Positions 40,948 to 51,740 of a stretch of DNA of 64,000 bases are shown in pieces. The notes under the pieces were generated by a model. That model saw only the letters and a program-made list of their open reading frames with translations, did not search any database and was not told the DNA's origin. The translations under genes were made by a program, and so were the position numbers. Where the stretch lies: contig NC_068990.1 of NCBI RefSeq assembly GCF_001194135.2, positions 30,430,227 through 30,494,226 on the forward strand, written 5' to 3'. The first letter of the stretch is position 1. Every line of letters begins with the position of its first letter. The DNA comes from Octopus bimaculoides (taxonomy: Eukaryota).

Positions 40948-41067
40948 GATCATACAATATTCATGGCTCTCCAAGCCATATAAAGCGTGTCCTTTCGGCT
41001 GACTGGGCTCAGGCCCGGGAACTTCAACATAGTAATCCTATATGTACTTGCAAATATAGCTGTGGTG
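40948..41067 (+). CDS. Candidate in-frame cassette exon of FMNL: (G)SYNIHGSPSHIKRVLSADWAQARELQHSNPICTCKYSCG
   Basis: Pyrimidine tract plus ttgcAG and GTG|GTAGGT donor; 120 bp; phase 1-1 matching the flanking exons; no stop in that frame; no family homology recognised. Confidence 0.4.
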
Positions 41068-42024
41068 GTAGGTGCTATTGGAATGACACCCTTCATCAAA
41101 GCTTTTCTTTCTCCCTCTCATGTTTTATCTCATCCTTAGTGTGTTGAATTGTTTCATTGTTTTTAGTAGTTGTTGATCCTCCCCATAGTAACTCTAGAGT
41201 CCCTTCTGATCCTTAGAGTTTCCTTCTACCCTCCTAGATTGGTTTTGTGGGTTTGAGCCTGATTGGTAAATATAGACATCTAAACAAAGAACAAGATACA
41301 GGAATACAGAATTACTAAATTGGTATAAATTATTAATTTAATTAAAAAATGAAAACCCCTCACATTGGTGAATAGAGAGAAAGAGATTTATTCACAATTT
41401 CAGTTAAGACTGAGGTAGTGAATATTTTTTCTTTTTCTCGTTATTCCATTTATATTAACCTTCATTTATTCTAATTGTATTTTATTATTTGATAAATTGG
41501 TTTAGACTATAAATATTATAAATAAATTAATTTCTTCTATTGTTGTTGTTGATGGTTAATTGTTCCAAACAACATTGCCTGGAAAGGTGTGATAGAATAT
41601 TCGGTTGTATGCCAACCAAGTGTGTTGAGATCCATCCTCACCTGAAATCACATTGTTGACAGTTCATCATGCAGTGTTTGACTGCATCAAGTATTCTGTG
41701 AAACACTGTCACACACATCCATCTTCGTATCATGTTTTTAGATACCGAAGCAAAAACAAAAAAAAATTGAAGTAATTCAGGGTGTTTTGAGAGCCGGTCC
41801 CTTATTCTTTATTTAAACTTTTTTTTCTCTTGTTAAAAGATATTGATTTCTTTTATACGTTAAAAATTGTTGACTTCTTTAAAATTGTATATCTCTTGCT
41901 ATATATACATTATATTATTTGCCTCAAGATGAAAAGAAAACATATTTAGATTTAACTTTATTTAGTTTATCTGAATAAATCCTTCAATTGCTTTATAATA
42001 TTTGGAAGTGTGTTTGTGTTTATA

Positions 42025-42089
<65 letters not shown>

Positions 42090-42481
42090 ATGTATAATAT
42101 AAGTTGTACAGTAATTTACATGTGTACATCATTTGATAAACAGGCATTTAGTCTGACTGTGCAAAAAGACCCTGGGGTTACACCAGGCAGCTCTCTTTCT
42201 CTGTGAGAAGGGAGACATCTGAACATATCAACCATTATTGTTTGTACTTTAAGCGTCTTCTTCAGGACTGGTTTTGCTTCATCTCGGCCATTTTCTCAGT
42301 GAGGCTAAAGGGACGTCTATTAAATGGATATCCAAGTAAATTTTTTTTGCAACAACTTACAACACACTGTCTCAGAACTTAACTGATGTGTGTCATCTAC
42401 AGACATATACTAATATGCAAATGAGCAGAAAGCAGTGTTTTTCTCTATTACATTGTCCATAAGTGGCTGCAATCTACTGTC

Positions 42482-42536
<55 letters not shown>

Positions 42537-42683
42537 CAGATGAAGTTAATGTTTCTATTACGCCTGTAAAGACGGACAAAACTAGACAAGTTGTTCTTCA
42601 GGTTGTTCTGCTGCTGCTCTAACCACAGAGTTAAATGGTTCCAAAGCAAACTTCTTAGCTACTTAGTCATATGTGTGTGTGTG

Positions 42684-42731
<48 letters not shown>

Positions 42732-44398
42732 CACACGTGTGTATGTGTGTTTGTCTCTGCACATCTTCACTTTACCTTTGTATGACACCAGTGATAATTG
42801 TTGATGTTTCACAACTCAGTGGTTTGACCTGTGAACACGAGCAAAATAAAGTACCTCACTTAAAAAAGCAAGAGTTGGCATCAAGAAGGACATCTGGCTG
42901 TAGAAATATTGCCTTAAGAAATCTTGTCCAACGCCTGCCAACATGGAAAAAGCAGTGTAAAATTTTATAGATATTTAAGATAGATATTTGAGGCAATGTA
43001 GTAAATCTTACAATTTCTACTGCAATTTATAGAAATAGTAAGAGAAATGAATACTTTTCTGGTGAAAGTTTCCATTAATAATGTAATAATAATAATAATC
43101 TATTTTTGAATCCCATATTATTCCTGATTCTGTTGTTGTAACCAATTAATTATCAACTTAATCTTTGGTTATATTTAACTATAGCCCATGTTAACAAGAA
43201 CAACACCTTTGCTAATCGACAATTTTCTACAAATGGTAAAACTCCATATCTTACCTTTAGTTTTTCTTTTCAAGTTTGTTCTGAGAGATTTCCTTTTTCA
43301 TAAGTTCAATGCATGTCGTTGTTTATATTCGATAAACTAACATTGAAAAATTACTTAAAATTGTTGACATTTTTATTTTATAGTTTTACATTTTACCTTT
43401 TTTTTTTGTCTTATAATGTTTTCCTAAAACAAAGCTATAATAATATAGTTTCCAATTGCTTTAGTTCAATATCCACCCCTATATTTATATATATTTTTTT
43501 GTCTTACTATAATTATAGTTTTCTTTGTGGGTTTCAGAGTTCTTTTTTTTTTATTTTGATTTTTTTCAATCAAGTCGACTCCGACTTAAGAGTTTGTAGT
43601 CCATTTTTTAAAATGTTGACGCATGTTTGGATAGCCTATACTAAACCCATTTCGATGATCTCATCTGTTTCTGAGACATCTCTCCTGGTTTACTAAGGTC
43701 GTTTGCTTTAGACCTTCTTTTCAATGGGCTATCATTAATGTTTAGCTGTCCACTACAGCTGCTCATCAAACTAAGCCGTCCCATGCTTCTAATCCAATAG
43801 GGGAGCCTTCAGAAGCTGTATTCCAACTGTGGTCTTCCCTTCAAGGTAAGTATCGGTCAAATAAGAGTCATGGTTTAATGAAGTACTTCTGCCTGAGTTT
43901 AGTCTTCAATGTTTCCACTCGGAAAAGTCATCTGAATGTTGTACGTGTAAAATATTAAAACTTGTGAGTAGCTGCATATTCTTCTGGTTGAATGCAACAG
44001 AAAAAATATGCACGCCCCCCCCACACACTCTTCTATTTAAGTCATAACACAGGGCCATTCTATTAGGATTCTGTGTATGTTCTATATTCTTCATCACACC
44101 TCCCTATTCAATATCACCTTTTTGTCAGATGGATTGATGAAAAAAATAAAAACCAAAAAAAAATTCATATCTGAGCACTCTGTCAGTTAGGACGACAACT
44201 GTTCCAGCTGATCGAATCAACTGTATATATAGCTGTAACAAAAGCCATAACATTCGATCTGGCTTTTGAAAGGTGTTGGCTGTCTTTTTCTGTCGTGGCC
44301 CCTCGATTGGGAGTGAACTAGAGATTATCTTCACTCACCCTCGCACATCTTCATCAACACACAGGCACTGACCTGTACCTGCTGCTTGTGCGCGCGCG

Positions 44399-44459
<61 letters not shown>

Positions 44460-45349
44460 GCACACACGCACGCATGCACTTGTGAAGCTACATACGTTTA
44501 CATAAATATTTATTAATTAATATAACCTTCCTGGCTTACAAGCTCCATCTTAACAACAGTTAATACCATTCATTTGATCTACCCTTTGGATCTGATTAGA
44601 GAGGGTCCAGGCTGTTGGCTGATCCAAGAAGGACCCTAATCATAAATTATCTGTTACAAGGGTTACCTAATCTAAGATAGAGGTAACTGTGAACTTAGAG
44701 AAATGGAAAAATACACACACACACGTTGATAGACAGACAGACCTTTCAACAGTTGTACTCCAAGACATACATTTCCTTGTTATACAACAAATGCATATAT
44801 AAATATTGCATGTGTTAATGTTATATTTGTGTAAGAAGACCTTAATTACAAGTACTTCATTAGATGTGTCTCTATTGACCATTTAGTCTAGACAACCGTC
44901 TCGGTGTTGTGACAGAAATTATTGTGAAGCACCACAATTCTTTGATATTCTTTGTAGTAATTTTTCCTGTCTTTTTTTTCTTATTTTATTGTTGTAATTG
45001 TCATATCACTTGTGTAAATTGTGTTTTCTGTTTTATTCAGTTTTGTTGTCTGGTTTTTGTCAGTCTTAAAAAGATTTTTTTTTTCATTTATTTAAAAAGT
45101 GAATCTGTAAGAAATGAGAGCATATATATATTTAAGGCTTCTGACCCTTCTGGAGTCCCTTCCTTCAGTTCTGGATCCCCCCCCCCCTGTTTCCTAATGG
45201 ATAGTTAATTTAAGCTCTGCTTAACATTAATTACTGGAAGATAACTGTGACAGAAATGTAGCCAATCCAATCATTTGGGGGCCACACCCATACTTTGCAT
45301 CTCGAAACCAGTAAAATACCAGAAAATAGTCAAAAATGGCTAAACATCT

Positions 45350-45584
45350 TGTTGTATGGGGTATCTGTACACCCCACCCTGTGATTAGCTAAGTGAACTA
45401 TACAAGTTAGTATAAATGAGCATGCACAGAACAGTCTGGGAAGAGTGTCATATGCGCAGTCATAGTGTAGAGGTCCTAGGAATTATTGAAGAGATATCGT
45501 GAAGTGCTTGTTGAAGATACACAGTTCGAAGAGTAATAAGAGAACATCAGGAACATTTGATATTATAACAGTGACGACGAGAAG
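45350..45584 (+). mobile_element. Probable LTR (45350-45570) plus PBS-like stub, Gypsy-like
   Basis: TGTTGTA...TATAACA termini (6/7 inverted match); internal TATAAAT at 45411; followed by GTGACGACGAG, resembling the TGGCGACGAG start of many invertebrate Gypsy internal regions. Confidence 0.4.
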
Positions 45585-45806
45585 TCGTACGTCATATCAC
45601 ATCTGTTTTTTTTATTAGTTATTATCAACAGATGTTTGATCTTAGTTATTGTACAGTGGTTAGGAAGTTAAAGTGCAAGATTATTGTAGGTTCATGGGTT
45701 CAAATCCTGCTCTAACCATTGGGTTGTACCTCTTATATCAAGTATATTTACTCTGGATTTTTAGTTTGTTTCATTATATTCATAATATCACTGCTGCTGC
45801 TACTAT

Positions 45807-45838
<32 letters not shown>

Positions 45839-48264
45839 GTGAACATGAGCATTGCTTCATATAAAAATGAAAGCCATGGACACAGCTATCTTGAGCAAGT
45901 ATATTTGCTCCACTTCTATGTCTAAGTTGGCTGATTATTAAACAGCCTCTGCAACAGTACATGAGCAAAGTCCATTGACCTGCTCTTGGGAAGAACTGGC
46001 CACAAGTAACTCATGGGTGAAGGTGGAGGAGGAGGAAGAAGAGGTGGTGGTGGCAGCAGTGGCGTCCATTCATTGCTGTTCTGTTTAACCCATGTTGACC
46101 TGAAAAAATGTAAAACTATGAAAACAAAACAAAAACAAAGCTGGTTTCATTGATTTGGATTGTTGTTGTATGTCCGCAATGAAAACTCAAACCCAGCAGT
46201 AGTCAGTAAATCACATTGTACATTCTGGGACACAAACATTAACAGTTCTAAAGTAGGTATTGATTGAAGTTTAAAACCTTTAACTTTGAACTTTGACCTG
46301 ACATGGCCCTTTTAGGATGTCAAATATTAAAGAATTATTTCCATGGCTGAGAATTGGTAAGATTCAGTGTATGTTAGCAATTTTAGATCATTGGTAGCTG
46401 TTATTTAACACCAGGTCAGTGTCCAGTTAACTTGTGGTCAGAAACTTTCTAGCAGTGGCTATCCTGTCTTTTATTTATGTTTTCAGATTAGTCTATCTTA
46501 GGCTATATTAGTCACTGTATCCCCTACTTTTTAAGATGGTAGGGCCTGATTTTGGTAAGTTTTATCTTTCTAGCAAATAAACTATATGGTGACTCTCTTG
46601 TTGGCTGAAGATTATTAATGTTCTTTAATCCAGATCAGCTTGGATTAAGTAAAAACTAAGAACAGAGGTATTCCGGTTCTGAATATCTCCTGCTTTTTCA
46701 GACCAGGTCATATCTTGACCTTTATTATTTTAAACTAGACAACAAGAGATTTATTAAGGTTGGTCTATGTTTAGATCAGTGGGTCTCAGCCGAGTTTTTT
46801 TTTTTACCTGTGCACCCCTTTGATTCCAATTTTTATAATAATATTAGGAATTGTATATAAAAAAAAAAACTGTAAAAATAGTCTGTGTACTCTAGAAGTA
46901 CAACCAATTTATTTTGCGCCTAAATTTTAACAACAAACCCTTATATGGACTGCTAAGGGTCATGTGGATCTCAGTTGAGAATCCCCAGTGGTTTAGATGG
47001 ATTTCAAAAGAGAATTTTTGCAACAGAACAAACACTAAGGCATAATGGAGTATTATTAATTATTTTATCACAAGAAAACATATGTTCACATTATGTATCT
47101 GTTAGGAACCAACACTAAATTGTTCTTCATGGATCTGGATTTATTTTTGGTTTTGTTTCATGCATGTTCTTGTTTTTCCAAAATCAAGATATTTCATTAT
47201 TATTATTGTGTTTCATGTATGAATATATTTAAATGTTTGTTTTTTAAATGTCTTATACACACCATATAATGCATGCTTTCCTGTTTTTTTTTTGTTATTT
47301 CTTTACCTCCTTTTTTTTGTGTATACTTTCCACGTGTTTTATTACTGTTGCTATGCTGTGTCCCATAAATCATTCAGGTTTCCATATGTACAAAAAAACA
47401 AACGTAACAAATATTGTGTTAAATACGAAATGTATTTTTAATAGTTCATAACTACCAAAAAGAATATGGAAATAATGACAAGCAATACTTTAGTATTGTG
47501 GAATTCAAATCCTGTCCACTTGACAGGACACACACACACACACATAAATTCCCTTGGTGTATTATAATTAAACTAATAACATACAATGGCTAATTGTCAG
47601 CTCATTACAGCTATTTCTTATGTAACTTTTTAATAGTGAAATCAGAACATTGCATCATTATAAAAGACCATAATCATCAGATGAGAAGTAATTTTACAAA
47701 GCATAAGAATATCCAAGAATTGCCAGAACTGCCTGACTGGCCCTCGTGCTGGTGGCACGTAAAAGCACCCACTACACTCTTGAAGTGGTTGGCATTAAGA
47801 AGGGCATCCAGCTGTAGAAACTTTGCCAGATCATATTGGAGCCTGGTGCAGCCATCTGGTTCATCAGTCCTCAGTCAAACCGTCCAACCCATGCCAGCAT
47901 GGAAAGCAGATATAAGACGATGAGGATGATGACAGCAGGGATGTGTCTGTCGAGGCCAACTATAAGGTTGGTTTTCTCTGTGTTCGCAGCCGAAATATCC
48001 TATCTGGTATTTCAACTCTCACTGACCATAGGCCAGAACCACAGACATTACCCAACCCTACCTGGTGCATACCTTTTCATATACCTGATTCTATCAGAAT
48101 CCTCATCTTACTTCTTATATACACACACACACATTATTAGATAATAAATCATATTATATCTATAAAATAATCACTTGTCCTCATATTTGGAGTTTTGAAA
48201 ACCATGCTTTTGCTTTACCAATGATGATTTTTTCCCCCAAACTTCCACAATGTCTTAAAAATAT

Positions 48265-48645
48265 AGGTGCAGGTGTGGCTGTGTGGTAAGAAGTTTGCTT
48301 TTCAACCACATGGTTCCAGGTTCTGTCCCACTGCATGGCACACTGTGCAAGTGTCTTCTACTATAGCCTTGGGTTGACCAAAGTCTTGTGACTGGAGTTG
48401 GTGGACAGAAACTAAAAGAAGCCTGTCGTTTGTGTGTCTCTTTGTCCCCCACCTACTGCTTGACAACTGGTGTTGGTTTGTGTACATCCCCATAACTTTG
48501 CAGTTCCACAAAAAGAGAATAAGTTTCACCCTTAAAAAAAAAAAAGTACTGAGATTGATTCATTCAACTAAAAATTCTTCAAGGTGGTGCTCCAGCATGG
48601 CCACAGTCAAATGGCTGAAACATTTAACAGAAAAAGTAAAAGATT
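48265..48645 (+). mobile_element. SINE family A copy
   Basis: Same head, body and tail as 30118-30497. Confidence 0.8.
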
Positions 48646-48924
48646 TATTTTGGTAATCTGACTGATTCTATATTCTTGTATTCTATGACATTCTGAAGCT
48701 GATTACTGAACAATCTGTTCCGGGACACTCTTTGTAAATGCCATCCATTTATTCTACCCTTTTGACCCTGAGAGCTCCATTGGCTTCTCTGAAGAACCTC
48801 ATCCATTGTTACAGATTTCTCATTCTAATCTGATTCCTGTTAACAAAATCAGCAAAAAACATGGAAGAAAATATAAGAAACAAAGTTACTGAGTCAACTA
48901 CAGTCAAACCTGTTTATATTTTTA

Positions 48925-49285
48925 CTTGTTTCACTCATTAGACAAACAGTGGCCATGCTGGGGCACTGCCTTGAGGAATTTAAGTCGAATGACTCAACCC
49001 CAGTAATTTTTTTTTTTGTTTGAAGCCTGATACTTATTCTATCAGTCTCTTTGCTGAAGTGCTAAGTTATGGGGATGTAGATACACCAACACCAGTTGTC
49101 AAGTGGTGGTAGGATGCACCCATATGCAATGGACTTCTTTCAGTTTCCGTCTACTAGATCCAATCACAAGGCTTTGGTTGGTCTGAGGCCATGGTAGAAG
49201 ACTCTCATCCAAGGTGCCATGCGCTGGGATTGAACCAAGAACTATGATTGGGAAGCAAACTTCCTATCACATTGCCACTCCTGCA
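48925..49285 (-). mobile_element. SINE family A copy, inverted
   Basis: Reverse complement of family A, from tail GGCCATGCTGGGGCAC to head. Confidence 0.8.
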
Positions 49286-49305
49286 CACACACACACACAC
49301 GCCTA

Positions 49306-49787
49306 CAGTGTGGCCCAAAAGTAGGTTTACAGTTTTCATGTAGGCACTTTAAAATTGTTTTAAAACATTTTATTACATTTAAATTTCTATCTTACAACCT
49401 GAAAAGGGAGCTTGACAAAATTAACTAAATTAGCATAGAATAATGGTTTCATATTTTTTTATAATTAACATTAAACTGTTCTGTTGTGTCTGGGGAGAGT
49501 CATTCTCTTTTAGTACCTTTGAGAGTCAAAACTATTGAAAAGGTTGCAAGATGCAGTGAAAATTCTAGAAAAATAAAAAAGAAATAAGGGGAAATTTTAC
49601 CAGTGAGTGTGTTAAATTATAAGGCACCAAAAGAGAATGACTCTGCCCAGACACAACAAAATATGCTTCAACACACGAACTCGCATAAAGAATCTTGCAA
49701 ACCAAATCCAAAAACGATTTAAACTGTTAATACATGAATGCAAAAGAGATAGTTGAATAACTGTAAACCTACTTTTGGGCCATTCTG
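49306..49787. mobile_element. Tc1/mariner-like MITE
   Basis: 29-bp TIRs CAGTGTGGCCCAAAAGTAGGTTTACAGTT / AACTGTAAACCTACTTTTGGGCCATTCTG (2 mismatches) with TA on both sides (49304-49305, 49788-49789). Confidence 0.88.
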
Positions 49788-50929
49788 TATGTGTGTATGT
49801 ATGTGTGTGTGTTTATATATATATATATATCTGTAAATATACATTTACTATATTTATTTACACTCAAATGTGGGAGTTTGTGGAATTTTATTGTAATGTC
49901 TTCTGCTATATTTGAATAATCTGCTCACCTATTATTTTATAACCTGCTTTCTTCTTCAAATGGGAGATTTATTAACACAAAGTTTGTGTCTGTTTGTTAC
50001 CTCTTAAATGATATATATTTCTCACCTTGATAAAAATATATAATTTATGAACAGATGTAAGTTAATCAACTCTTCTTAAGATTGACCATAGTTATTTCAC
50101 TGGCTACATGGAGGTGAAGCCAACCACAGTGCAGATCTCAGTGGTTGAAGCAAATATTCAAACTGTACACATTGGAGACTTGCTGTGGAAAATGGGTATG
50201 ACTGACTTAAGGGATGCAAATTGTTATGGACCTGGATTTTCCAGAGTTTTGGTTATGAGTTCTAACTGGTTTCCTGACCAGCCATGTGCAGCGACCTTGA
50301 TGTGATCACCGTCGCTAATTTATGACTGCACCTACTAATCTAGTATTTAATGGAAACGGTAACAAAAAAATCATAAAAATAAATTTGAAATAAAACCTAA
50401 GAAACAACAAGGTGGTATTTCATCAGTGTGACCATCTCCACAGAGTTGAGATTAAATTAAAGAATATTCACATTTTGGCCTACGACAGTAAATGTTATAA
50501 ATTCTTGTTTTAAATATCCATCAGAGTTGCTGATTAATCTTATATTAGGTTCTTCAATCTCTCATCAAATGTTTTTCTCCCAATTTTAGTCTAAATTTTC
50601 ATATTAATGCTGTTTGATATTTCTTTTCTTTTATACTCAACGTCATAAATACAGCTTTTACTGACATAATGTCTGTGACATTTCTGATTTCTTCAGAGAC
50701 AATTTTATTAGGAATTTTTAAAAAATATGATTTTTGGTTCTTCAGCCAGCTAGTTTCTTCTGCACTTGAATTAGCTAATACACACTCAGTTTTTTAGCGT
50801 TTGGGTGTGCAACCCTAAATATCTTTCTTTTTCTCTGTCTCTTTGAATTATAATAATTCTCCCTTAGTATTGCTGTTCCCAAGAAAGGAAAAATGTTTAT
50901 AAACGAGTCACAAGTAAATGCAAGTGACT

Positions 50930-51240
50930 AGCATTCTGTCAGTTACAACGCTGAGGGTTCCAGTTGATCCGATCAGCAGAACAACCTCATCATGAAATTA
51001 ACATGCAAGTGACTGAGTGTTCCACAGACACACATAATGTAGTTCTCAGGGAGATTCAGCATGACACGATATGATGAAGCTGACCCTTTGAATTACGGTT
51101 ACAACTCATTTTTGCCAGCTGAATAGACTGGAGCAATGTAAGAATAAAGTGTCTTGCTCAAGGACACAGTGCACAGTCGGGTATGACTTTATTTATTGTG
51201 AACCAAATGGCCTAACCACTAAATCACATACCTCCATGCA
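50930..51240 (-). mobile_element. SINE family B copy
   Basis: Reverse complement of 3822-4140. Confidence 0.78.
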
Positions 51241-51416
51241 AACACTAGTTAACGCATGTACGCACAATATTTTTAACTATTATCATTTATTAATATTATG
51301 ATGATGATGAGCTGGCAGAATCATTAGCACGCTGGATGAAATGTTTAGCAGTATTTCACTTCTATAGTTAAAGGATGAGGAATTATGTACATTATTTACA
51401 TATCTTGTTTGTTGTT

Positions 51417-51462
51417 AACACAATGTTTCAGCTGATATACCCTCCAGCCTTCATCAGGTGTC
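51417..51462 (-). ncRNA. Minimal type I hammerhead ribozyme motif (Penelope-like), left arm
   Basis: Minus strand reads GACAC-CUGAUGA-A-GGCUG-loop-CAGCU-GAAAC-AU-U-GUGUU; stems I and II pair; G16.2 replaced by A (CpG-type change). Confidence 0.7.
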
Positions 51463-51694
51463 TTGGGGAAATTTCGAACCTGGGTTCTCATTCCTAAGGT
51501 GTTTTCCAATGTTATTATTATTATTATTCAGGTCACTGCCTAGAATCGAACTCGGAATCTTGGGGTTAAGAGCGTGCGCTACTAACTCCAAGATTCCGAG
51601 TTCGATTCCAGGCAGTGACCTGAATAATAATAATAATAATAATAATATTAAAAAATACCTTAGGAATGAGAACCCAGGTTCAAAATTTGCCCAA

Positions 51695-51740
51695 GACACC
51701 TGATGAAGACTGGAGGGTATATCAGCCGAAATGTTGTGTT
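51695..51740 (+). ncRNA. Minimal type I hammerhead ribozyme motif (Penelope-like), right arm
   Basis: GACAC-CUGAUGA-A-GACUG-loop-CAGCC-GAAAU-GU-U-GUGUU; one stem II mismatch; C15.2 replaced by U (CpG-type change). Confidence 0.7.

Noticed and set aside
42414-42424. Octamer ATGCAAATGAG
   Set aside because: A single short motif expected by chance in 64 kb of AT-rich DNA; no snRNA gene or PSE seen nearby.
43313-43696. 127-aa hydrophobic ORF
   Set aside because: Low-complexity F/L/I/Y bias from T-rich DNA; no recognisable domain.
51454-51703. Mirror-image 81-aa ORFs on both strands
   Set aside because: By-product of the palindromic cassette; alternative start codons and no protein homology.
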